A stretch of 64,000 bases of DNA from Actinomycetota bacterium (lineage in GTDB: Bacteria > Actinomycetota > Actinomycetes > S36-B12): the NCBI GenBank assembly GCA_030645615.1, contig JAUSNB010000063.1, positions 22,716 through 86,715 of the forward strand, given 5' to 3'. Shown here piece by piece: positions 18,595-26,409 of the stretch (position 1 is its first letter; every line of letters starts with the position of its first letter). The notes under the pieces were generated by a model, which was not told the origin of the DNA, did not search any database, and worked only from the letters and a program-made list of their open reading frames with translations. Position numbers and translations under genes: made by a program.

Positions 18595-20369
18595 GACCCG
18601 TCCGCCGGCCTGCTCGACCGGGAAGCTCCGCGCTGCACGGAGAGCCACTGTACGGAAGCGACGACGACGAACCACCCAGCCAGGAGCCAGGCCCCCCACG
18701 TCAGGCCGGTCGCGAGCGAACCGGCCCCGAGGACGGCCAGCCCGATGACCACGATGGTGCGCCCGTCCCAGCCAAGCCCGGGCCACGCCAGCCACCGCGG
18801 CGCGGCCGAGCCCTGGAGGGCCCGGTAGAGGTTGTCGTAGTGGTGGAAGGCCACGACGGCCATCCACCAGAACGCGGCCACCAGGGGCTGCGGCGACACC
18901 AGGAAGGCGGCGACAGCGACCGCTGACAGTTCGACCAGCCGTAACAGCGCAGGGACCGCCCAGGCTCCGCGGCCCTGCCACCAGGTGATGCGCCGGGCGG
19001 GCGGCACGAGCCGGGTGACCGCGCTGAGCAGGGGGCCGGCGTCGGCCTGCCGCGTGAGCAGCAGGACCCCGGACGCCGCGGTCGGACCGCGCCACGTGAG
19101 CGTGCGAAGGGTCCGCCCCACCGTGACATACGCGAGCGCGAGCAAACCGGCGCCTAGCAGGACGCCGAGCGCCCACGCCGGGCCGAGCGCCGCCGCGAAG
19201 ACACTGATGATCAGCCAGCGCTCGCCGATGGGCAGGTGGATCGCCCGCTTCGCCCAGCGGACGGCATCGCGACGGTTCATGCGCGAGGACAGCTCCATGG
19301 CTCCGCTCACCGACCAGCCGCCGGCCGAGCCATCCGCACCGTCATCGGCGATGGCGATGTCCCGCGGAGGCACGTACGCCTCGCGCAACCGCTGGACGCG
19401 GGAGAAGTCATAGTCGGACATGTGCCGGGTCGTCTGCAGGACGACCAGCACGACGGCCAGCCACCAGATGTCCAGCCCGCCGCGGGCGCCCCCGATGGCC
19501 AGGCCCGCATAGGCGAGGAATTCCTTGACCCGATCGGTCGATGCGTCGAGCCAGGCACCCAGCGCCGAGAACCGCCGGGTCGCACGGGCCACCTCGCCGT
19601 CGACGCAATCCACCACGAGGCTGGCCTGCAGGAGGATTGCCCCGACGACCAGCGCCCACCGCGACCCCCACGCAAAGGATGCTGCGGCCGCGATGCCGAT
19701 CGCGAAGGACAGCAGGGTGATCGCGTTCGGGGTCCAGCCCAGGCTCAGGGCCGCCCGGGTGAGCGGCTTGGACAGGCGACGGACGACGAAGGTCGAGTAG
19801 AAGCCGTCGTCGACGCGATTGGCCTGCAGCCGGGCGATTCTGGCCTCGTCGACGCTCTCCGCGGCGGCCCGGGCAGCAGCCGGTTCCGGCGCACCTCGCG
19901 ACCACGGCACGTCCACCATGCCGACCGCACGCACAGCGACGCCGCCTCGAGTAAGCGCGACGGCGACCAGCTCGACCGCGTCCCGGCCGTGCGTCGGCAC
20001 CACGCCGGCGGCCACGGCGGCAGCGAGGGCGGACACGGCAGCCCCCGCGGCCTCGGCATCGGCCGCAGAGATGAGCAGCGCGCCTACGGAGCGGTGGTCT
20101 GGGGCGGTCACGCCGTGGAACCCCGAGCCGGCGCTCGTGACGAGGTGATGGCGCACGCGCACGTCGCCATCACGGGAAGCCGGTCGCACGAGGAGGCTCG
20201 TGGGGGCGAAGGGGTCGTGGGTCAGCGGCGCAAGGGCGGCATCCGCAACGACGAGGTCGTCGGCAACGAGCACGACCGGAGCGGTCCAGGACGCGAGGCC
20301 GGCTGCCAGTGAATGCAGGGCCGTCGCCGGCTCCGCTCCACCGGGCAGGCTGACCAGGCGCGCGCTCAC
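18591..20369 (-). CDS. Multi-domain CDP-alcohol phosphatidyltransferase (N-terminal soluble domain, transferase core and extra C-terminal membrane domain)
   Basis: 592 aa. The GTG start overlaps the upstream stop. Residues about 1-190 are soluble and Ala-rich, with no G-x-G-x-R-L signature. The core has the perfect motif DCVDGEVARATRRFSALGAWLDASTD. The C-terminal 230 aa or so form an extra multi-TM domain (..WWMAVVAFHHYDNLYR..) that I believe corresponds to DUF5941. Confidence 0.85.
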   Translation of the reverse strand: MSARLVSLPGGAEPATALHSLAAGLASWTAPVVLVADDLVVADAALAPLTHDPFAPTSLLVRPASRDGDVRVRHHLVTSAGSGFHGVTAPDHRSVGALLISAADAEAAGAAVSALAAAVAAGVVPTHGRDAVELVAVALTRGGVAVRAVGMVDVPWSRGAPEPAAARAAAESVDEARIARLQANRVDDGFYSTFVVRRLSKPLTRAALSLGWTPNAITLLSFAIGIAAAASFAWGSRWALVVGAILLQASLVVDCVDGEVARATRRFSALGAWLDASTDRVKEFLAYAGLAIGGARGGLDIWWLAVVLVVLQTTRHMSDYDFSRVQRLREAYVPPRDIAIADDGADGSAGGWSVSGAMELSSRMNRRDAVRWAKRAIHLPIGERWLIISVFAAALGPAWALGVLLGAGLLALAYVTVGRTLRTLTWRGPTAASGVLLLTRQADAGPLLSAVTRLVPPARRITWWQGRGAWAVPALLRLVELSAVAVAAFLVSPQPLVAAFWWMAVVAFHHYDNLYRALQGSAAPRWLAWPGLGWDGRTIVVIGLAVLGAGSLATGLTWGAWLLAGWFVVVASVQWLSVQRGASRSSRPADGS

Positions 20370-21526
20370 GGACGAAGTGACTTCAGCCGCCAGCGAGTGT
20401 TCACGTCGGCCTTGGCACGCGAGATGAGCTGCGTGCTGAGCTCGCGGGCGCTGAGCTCAGGGTTCTCGCGGGTCATCTCGATGACGGTCATGACGGCCTG
20501 CACCGCGGCATCGGTCGGCAGCTCAGTAGCGGAGCTCGCGGGGGGCGGCGGCGGCGAGTCGACCCGCACCCCGAGGGCGTCCAGGTCGCCGAGGACGCGC
20601 ACCCCGAGGTCGCGGATCCGGTCCACCGACTCCGCTCCTCGCTCGGCCGCTGCGTCCAGCGCCCAGTCGGGGGTGTGCAGCCGCGGCTCCTCAGGCGCAG
20701 GCTCGCGTCCCTCCACCATGCCCAGGGCGACGCCACGGCGCACGAAGCGCACGTATTCGTCCCATGTCATCTCCTTCTTGACCCGGCGGTTGAGCCGGAT
20801 CAAGAACTCCGCCTCAGCCGCCGTCATCGAGCGGTTCGACGTGAGGTTCATGCGCGAGACGAGCACGTCCTCGGGCAGGTCCAGCAGTTGGGCGAAGGTG
20901 CGGTACATCTGCTGGTGCTCGAGGCCCTCGAGGACGAGCACGGTGACGGCATGCGGGCCGAGTGCCTCCGCCCACCGCTGGATCACGTTCGCATGGTCAT
21001 TGCGCCGCCAGAACGACGGCGTCATGTGGCCCTTGTCCTCGCTGAACACATTGCGCAGCCACTTGTCGTAGTTCGCGACGAGGCCGTACTTGAGGTACTG
21101 CTGCCAGGAGGACGGCAGGAGCCTGCCGAGGTTGCGGAGCGTGACCACGACGTGCACGCGCGAGCCGCCGAGGTCCGCGACGACCTTCGCTGCCGTCGGC
21201 CCGTCGCACTCGCAGAAGAACTCGCTGCTGACCGCCACCCGGCCGGGGTGCTTGCGCACCTGCTTGGCCATGGTGTCGAAGAACTTCATGTCGTACGACT
21301 CGCCGCCCCGCTCCTTCCAGCCCCACGTTCGCTGGGTGACGGCCAGCGCCTGGCGGTGCTGTGCGCTGCGCTTGCCCGGGTACAGGATCCCGTGCTCGCG
21401 GAGCTGCGGACGCGCGTCGGCGAGGGCGGCCTGGATGGCCGTCGTTCCGGTCTTGTGCACCCCGACGTGCAGGAGCACCCCGTCCGCCGGGAGCGCGGAC
21501 ACCTCGGGCAGCGACGACATGGCCAT
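20366..21526 (-). CDS. Sulfotransferase-fold (P-loop) protein
   Basis: Trimmed to ATG 21526. 386 aa, soluble. It has a 5'-PSB-like loop LLHVGVHKTGTTAIQ and a 3'-PB-like VVTLRNLGRLLPSSWQQY, as in PAPS-dependent sulfotransferases. Its stop overlaps the next gene's start (GTGA). Confidence 0.7.
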   Translation of the reverse strand: MAMSSLPEVSALPADGVLLHVGVHKTGTTAIQAALADARPQLREHGILYPGKRSAQHRQALAVTQRTWGWKERGGESYDMKFFDTMAKQVRKHPGRVAVSSEFFCECDGPTAAKVVADLGGSRVHVVVTLRNLGRLLPSSWQQYLKYGLVANYDKWLRNVFSEDKGHMTPSFWRRNDHANVIQRWAEALGPHAVTVLVLEGLEHQQMYRTFAQLLDLPEDVLVSRMNLTSNRSMTAAEAEFLIRLNRRVKKEMTWDEYVRFVRRGVALGMVEGREPAPEEPRLHTPDWALDAAAERGAESVDRIRDLGVRVLGDLDALGVRVDSPPPPPASSATELPTDAAVQAVMTVIEMTRENPELSARELSTQLISRAKADVNTRWRLKSLRP

Positions 21527-21530
21527 CAGC

Positions 21531-22355
21531 CTAGAGGGGGCCGCCGGACTCCTCGGTCGAGGTTTCGGGCTCCTCGGGTGGCGTGTCCTGGCCGCGCCGA
21601 CGGGATTCCCGGAAGAGGGCGATCGCCTCGGGCACCGTCCCCTGCGCCACGAGCGCACCGGCCTCGAGGACGATCGCGCGGTCGCAGAAGCGCCGGAACT
21701 GCCGGGGGCTGTCGGATGCCAGCAGGAACGTGACGCCGTCCTTGCGCATCTGGTCGACCCGCGTCCAGCATTGCTGCCGGAAGTCCCGCTCGCCGACGAC
21801 CAGCACCTGCTCGACGGCGTAGGCCCGGGCCTCGGTGGCCATGCTGATCGACCACGCCAGCTTCTGCCGCACCATCGGGATCGCCGTCCCCAGGTACTTG
21901 TCGAGGCTGCCCTCCAGGCCGGAGAACGCGGCGATGCCGGCGACCCGGTCGCCAGCCTCGTCCGGAGTCATGCCGAGCAGGCCGCCCACGAAGTAGATGT
22001 TCTGCCTGATCGTGAAGCCACGCTGCAACGCCCGCGCGACGTCGATCATCGGCACGACGGCCACCCGCCTGCGCACCGCTCCCTCGTCCGGAATCAACGT
22101 GCCCGCGGCGAGCCGCAGGAGGGTCTCCCGGCCGGAGCCCTTGCCGCCGACGATGGCCACGGACTCGCCCTCGGCGACGCTGAACGTCGCCCCGCGCAGC
22201 CGCCACACCTCGTCACGGCGGGTCTCCCCCGCGATCCGGCGCAGCCGCTGGCGTCGCCCCCCGCCCCGGCGCCGGACCTGGCGCGGCATCCGCACGCCGA
22301 CGGCGTCGAACTCCAGCACGGGGCCTAGACCGGGCGTGAGCGGTGCGCGCGCCAT
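21531..22355 (-). CDS. TagH/Wzt-like ABC nucleotide-binding domain protein with degenerate catalytic motifs
   Basis: Trimmed to ATG 22355 (1-nt overlap with the permease stop). It aligns end to end with B. subtilis TagH as I recall it. However, Walker A is GGKGSGRET (nt 22122-22148), the signature position is TAIPMVRQKL, Walker B is AYAVEQ and the H-loop is LLASDS. It has an Arg-rich N-extension of about 55 aa. Confidence 0.8.
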   Translation of the reverse strand: MARAPLTPGLGPVLEFDAVGVRMPRQVRRRGGGRRQRLRRIAGETRRDEVWRLRGATFSVAEGESVAIVGGKGSGRETLLRLAAGTLIPDEGAVRRRVAVVPMIDVARALQRGFTIRQNIYFVGGLLGMTPDEAGDRVAGIAAFSGLEGSLDKYLGTAIPMVRQKLAWSISMATEARAYAVEQVLVVGERDFRQQCWTRVDQMRKDGVTFLLASDSPRQFRRFCDRAIVLEAGALVAQGTVPEAIALFRESRRRGQDTPPEEPETSTEESGGPL

Positions 22356-23128
22356 CAGGCCTCCTTCAGGATGCGCGGCTCGAGGCGGCGGAACACGATG
22401 ATGCCGACGACGAACGTGGCGGTGCAGATGCCGAGCGAGATCGCGTAGGCACCCACCGTCTCGATCTCCTCTGGCCAGAACCCGATGCGGTACAGGCCGA
22501 GGATCCCGACGAGCGGATTGAACGCGGCGAACGGCTGCACCTGTGCAGGGATGTTCGAGATCGAGTACAAGACGGGCGACAGGTAGAACAGGGCACGCAT
22601 CACGATGCGCACGATGCGGGCAAGATCGGGGACGACGACGGACCATGACGCGATGAGCAGCCCAAGCCCGTACATGAAGAAGAACTGCACGAGGATCGCC
22701 ACGGGGAAGAACACGATCAGTGGCCCGGGCAGGGTCTTGGTGAGGGCCATCGCGAGGAGCACGACCGGCAGCGACAGCAGGAACTCGATCATCGTCGACG
22801 CGATCACCCTCAGGATCCACAGTTCCGTCGGGAGCAGGCTGATCCGCAACTGGCCGCCCTTGCGGCGGAATACGCGCGTCGTCGCCGAGATCCCCCGAGT
22901 GAACCACCACCACGGCAGGATCGCGATGGACAGGAACAGCAGGTACGGCTGCAGGCCGAGATCGCGGGCACCGAGCAGGACCGAGAACACGAACCACAGC
23001 ACCACGGACATGCCGAGCGGCTCGAGGATCGTCCAGAGGTACCCGAGGCGGAACTTCTTGTACTGCGTCTGCAAGTCACGAAGGACCAGCATGCGGAGCA
23101 CCTGACGGTGCTCCCAGAGAGATCGCAC
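22355..23128 (-). CDS. ABC-2 type (TagG/Wzm-like) polysaccharide/teichoic acid exporter permease
   Basis: 257 aa with 6 predicted TM helices. Characteristic N-terminal LVLRDLQTQYKKFRLGYLWTILEPL and FNPL near the last helices. Confidence 0.9.
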   Translation of the reverse strand: MRSLWEHRQVLRMLVLRDLQTQYKKFRLGYLWTILEPLGMSVVLWFVFSVLLGARDLGLQPYLLFLSIAILPWWWFTRGISATTRVFRRKGGQLRISLLPTELWILRVIASTMIEFLLSLPVVLLAMALTKTLPGPLIVFFPVAILVQFFFMYGLGLLIASWSVVVPDLARIVRIVMRALFYLSPVLYSISNIPAQVQPFAAFNPLVGILGLYRIGFWPEEIETVGAYAISLGICTATFVVGIIVFRRLEPRILKEA

Positions 23129-23203
23129 GCTGGTTACGATAGGTCACGCCCGTGCCAGGCCAGCCAGGAGCCACGCGGGATCCAAGACTCACGGGCGGGG
23201 ACA

Positions 23204-24487
23204 GTGACGACAGCCGGCAAGAGGCGCGATGGTGCCGTCACCACCTTCACCAAGAAGGCGGCGCGCGCCACGGCCAACCGGCTCCGCGCCTACGGCAGCG
23301 CCCGCGAGCCCGAGGGCTTCGACCTCGACGACGTACCCACCGCCGACATTGCCCTGTATTTCGCGGACACGCCCCACAAGCTGTACCAGCTGAGCCAGTG
23401 GCTGCCCGTCTTCGAGGCACGCACGGACATGCGCACCATCGTGGTCGTGCGCTACGTGGAGACGTACAACGAGCTCCTCGGCCGCACGTCGCTCAAGGTC
23501 CTGCTCGTCCCCCGCTACGAGGTGCTCATGGCGCTGTACGACCGGGCGGACTTCCATGCCGTCGTCTACGTCAATAACGGGTGGACCAACTTCCAGTCGT
23601 TGTCGTTCCAGCAGGCCGTGCACGTGCACGTGAACCACGGCGAGAGCGACAAGATCTGCATGGTCAGCAACCAGGCGAAGGCCTACGACAAGGTGTTCGT
23701 CGCCGGCGAGGCGGCCGTGCGGCGCCATGCAGCCGCACTGGCGTGGTTCGACCCCGCCCACCTCGTGCGGGTGGGCCGCCCGCAGCTCGACCTCCAGGTG
23801 CCGCCCGTCGTGGGGCCGTTCGACGGCATGACGATCACGTACGCGCCGACCTGGGAAGGCGAGGACGAGGCCAACAACTACACGTCGGTTGACCGCTACG
23901 GTCCGCGGATCGTCGCTGCCGCCCTGGCCCAGCCGAGCGCCCGCGTGATCTACAAGCCGCACCCGCGCGTCGCGTCGACGAAGGACGCCGGGGTGGCCCG
24001 CGGCCACGCGGAGATCGTTGACCTGGTGCGGTCGGCCGCGGCTGCCGACCCGGCCCGTGGCCACGCCGTCCTGCTCAACGCGGACGTGCTGGGCGTCATC
24101 CGCTCGACCGACCTCATGATCGCCGACGTGTCGAGCGTCAGCCTGGACCACCTGTACCTGAGGCCCGACGCCCCCCTCGCCCTGACCGACCGGCGCACCA
24201 ACCGGGCACGGCTGCTCGAGGATGCGCCCGTCGCTGCCGGGGCGCATGTCATCGACGAAACGAGCATCGGAACGCTCGACCAGGCACTGGCGTCCATGGT
24301 CTCGCACGACTCGATGCGGGAAACCCGCAACGGACTGCGCGACCTGTACTTCGACTCCCTCGCCCCGGGACAGAGCACGGTGCGCTTCTGGCAGGAACTC
24401 GAACGGGCGATGCATGAGCATGATCAGGCCCTGCGGGAACTCAGCCGGCTAAGGGTTGTCGACGACGTGGCGGAGGACAGGCGATGA
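23204..24487 (+). CDS. CDP-glycerol glycerophosphotransferase family protein (TagB/TagF-like)
   Basis: Family motifs ITYAPTWEGEDE, VIYKPHPRV, LMIADVSSVSLDHLYLRPDAPL. The start is uncertain: track start 23108 would overlap the divergent permease gene, so I chose GTG 23204. Confidence 0.82.
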   Translation: MTTAGKRRDGAVTTFTKKAARATANRLRAYGSAREPEGFDLDDVPTADIALYFADTPHKLYQLSQWLPVFEARTDMRTIVVVRYVETYNELLGRTSLKVLLVPRYEVLMALYDRADFHAVVYVNNGWTNFQSLSFQQAVHVHVNHGESDKICMVSNQAKAYDKVFVAGEAAVRRHAAALAWFDPAHLVRVGRPQLDLQVPPVVGPFDGMTITYAPTWEGEDEANNYTSVDRYGPRIVAAALAQPSARVIYKPHPRVASTKDAGVARGHAEIVDLVRSAAAADPARGHAVLLNADVLGVIRSTDLMIADVSSVSLDHLYLRPDAPLALTDRRTNRARLLEDAPVAAGAHVIDETSIGTLDQALASMVSHDSMRETRNGLRDLYFDSLAPGQSTVRFWQELERAMHEHDQALRELSRLRVVDDVAEDRR

Positions 24488-25173
24488 CCGTGCAGGCAGT
24501 GATCCTTGCAGCGGGCATGGGGACCCGTCTGGGCAAGCCCTGGCCGAAGCCACTGACCCCGCTGTCCGACGGGCGCACCATCATGCGGCAGCAGATGGAC
24601 AACCTGGCAGCCGCCTTCGCGGACCTGCGTGTCCTGACCGTCGTGGGCTTCAAGCTGGAGCTGATCCTCGAGGCCTTTCCCGACGTGACGTACGTCTACA
24701 ACGAGAACTACGACCGCACCAACACCAACCGCAGCCTGCTGAAGGCACTACGGCTGTCCGCCGACGGCGGCGTGCTGTGGATGAACGGGGACGTCGTGTT
24801 CGACCCCCAGGTCCTCGAGCGGACGAAGGACCTCATGGCCGCGGAGCAGTCGTTCATCTGCGTCAACACGGCCATGGTCGGCGAGGAGGAGGTCAAGTAC
24901 ACCGTCGACGGGGAAGGCTTCGTCGACCGGCTGTCCAAGACCGTCGCGGACGCCCTTGGCGAGTCCGTCGGCATCAACTACGTGAGCGCGACCGACAAGG
25001 CCCGGCTCATCGAGCGTCTCGCGGAGTGCGACGACTCCGATTACTTCGAGCGTGGCCTGGAGCTCATGATCGAGAAGGACGCCGCCCGCGTGGTGCCGTT
25101 CGACATCCGCGACCTCTTCGCCGTCGAGGTCGACTTCGAAGAGGACCTTTCCCGGGCGAACAAGCACCTCTAG
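24484..25173 (+). CDS. Small nucleotidyltransferase (LicC-like alcohol-phosphate or sugar-phosphate cytidylyltransferase)
   Basis: 229 aa. AVILAAGMGTRLGKPWPKPL signature. Single-domain enzyme. The ATG overlaps the upstream stop (ATGA). Confidence 0.82.
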   Translation: MTVQAVILAAGMGTRLGKPWPKPLTPLSDGRTIMRQQMDNLAAAFADLRVLTVVGFKLELILEAFPDVTYVYNENYDRTNTNRSLLKALRLSADGGVLWMNGDVVFDPQVLERTKDLMAAEQSFICVNTAMVGEEEVKYTVDGEGFVDRLSKTVADALGESVGINYVSATDKARLIERLAECDDSDYFERGLELMIEKDAARVVPFDIRDLFAVEVDFEEDLSRANKHL

Positions 25174-25192
25174 CCAACGCCAGCGCACCCTG

Positions 25193-25255
25193 CCGACCTT
25201 GAGGTTGGCGCCTGAATTTGGGCTCGGGATGCGCGCCAACCTCAAGGTCGGCGGG
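25193..25255. repeat. Palindromic intergenic element, family 2, copy 1 (candidate bidirectional terminator)
   Basis: CCGACCTTGAGGTTGGCGC (25193-25211), a 21-nt loop, then GCGCCAACCTCAAGGTCGG (25233-25251), a perfect 19-bp inverted repeat, followed by CGGG. It lies between convergent stops at 25173 and 25258. Confidence 0.85.
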
Positions 25256-25257
25256 GG

Positions 25258-26409
25258 TCAGCGCAGGACCCGGGCGATCAGCGCCTCCCACTCGTCCATG
25301 ACGAGGTCCGCCCGATAGGGCCGGACGGCCTCGCGGGCCCGGCGGCCCAGCGCGGCACGGTCATCTGCCGAGCCCATCAGGGCGGCCATCTGCTCCCCCA
25401 GGGCCGCCGGGTCGGCACGAGGCACGAGGCGCGCGGCCGCACCGTCGCGGCTGAGCAGCCGCACGCCGGCCGAGCAGTCCGTGGCGATGCAGGGCAGGCC
25501 GCTGGCCATCGCCTCGGCGAGCGCAAGTGGCAGTCCCTCGGTGAGCGAGGGCAGCACGAACAGGTCCGCCTCGCGCAGCAACCCCTCGGCATCGGCGACC
25601 GGCGGGCTGAACTGCACCCGGTCGGCGCCCGCCGGAAGTCCCGCAGCCTGCTTGCGCAGGGACTTCTCGTCCGGCCCGGAGCCCGCCAGACGCAGCGTCC
25701 AGCCGGGGAACTCGCCGGCCACCAGGCCCCATGCCGACAGCAGGAACCCGGCTCCCTTCTCCACCGCGAGCCGCCCGAGGAACATGACCGTGCCCGTGTC
25801 TCCCGGGCGCACGGCCACCGGCTCCGCGGGCCAGAAGGCCAGCGGGTTCGCCAGCCATGTCGTGTTGTTCAGCCCTGCCCGACGGAAGGCGTCCGCGTCA
25901 GCGGGGGTCAGCAGGGTGACCAGGTCGACGTCGGCGTACAGGCCGATGGCACGGGCGAGGTCACGACCTGCGGCCGCGGCCTCGAAGGACGAGTGGTACT
26001 GCCCCACCACGGCCCAGTCGTCGTGCGGAACCTCGGCGAGGTGCTCCATCGCCCACAACTGCGTGGTCACGATGACCCCTGGCGGTCCGTCGGCCAGCAG
26101 GGCAGCCAGGCCGGCGACCGCCTCCGCCCGCAGCAGGGACCGCGTGGCGAGGCGCTGCTTCGTGGCCCGGCTGTGGCGGGCCCGGAAGCCCAGGTCCTTC
26201 GGCGGCGCCGGCCACTCGTGGCTCATCAGCGTGACCCGCCGGACCCGGGGGTCGAGCGCGTAGTCATGCGGGGGCAGGTATGGCGCGATGCCCAGGAGGT
26301 CGACGGCGTAGCCACGACGGGCCAGGCCGTCGGCCACGACATGTGCCACGCGCTGCGCTCCGCCGACCTCGTCGATGGTGTTCGCGGCGATGACGACCCG
26401 CGCGCTCAT
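25258..26409 (-). CDS. Glycosyltransferase family 4 (GT-B fold)
   Basis: Trimmed to ATG 26409 (ATGA overlap). N-terminal VVIAANTIDEVGGAQRV; C-terminal FLGRLAVEKG and LPSLTEGLPLALAEAMASGLPCIATD (E-x7-E region). Confidence 0.88.
   Translation of the reverse strand: MSARVVIAANTIDEVGGAQRVAHVVADGLARRGYAVDLLGIAPYLPPHDYALDPRVRRVTLMSHEWPAPPKDLGFRARHSRATKQRLATRSLLRAEAVAGLAALLADGPPGVIVTTQLWAMEHLAEVPHDDWAVVGQYHSSFEAAAAGRDLARAIGLYADVDLVTLLTPADADAFRRAGLNNTTWLANPLAFWPAEPVAVRPGDTGTVMFLGRLAVEKGAGFLLSAWGLVAGEFPGWTLRLAGSGPDEKSLRKQAAGLPAGADRVQFSPPVADAEGLLREADLFVLPSLTEGLPLALAEAMASGLPCIATDCSAGVRLLSRDGAAARLVPRADPAALGEQMAALMGSADDRAALGRRAREAVRPYRADLVMDEWEALIARVLR

Noticed and set aside
17788-19176. N-terminal extensions given by the track's longest-ORF rule. 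Examples are 17788..19176, 20366..21658, 21531..22997, 25258..26661, 3541..5004, 13857..15743 and 58478..59956.
   Set aside because: The extended parts overlap the upstream coupled gene and are compositionally junk. Internal ATG/GTG starts that overlap the upstream stop codon (ATGA/GTGA) give proteins that begin at the expected family N-termini.
22355-23128. Locally lower GC (roughly 60%) in the ABC-2 permease, the PH-domain membrane gene (38350..38889) and parts of the nucleoside ABC permeases, which could indicate horizontal transfer.
   Set aside because: The dips coincide with hydrophobic TM segments rich in Phe/Ile/Leu/Met codons. Flanking genes in the same operons have normal composition, so amino-acid content explains the signal.
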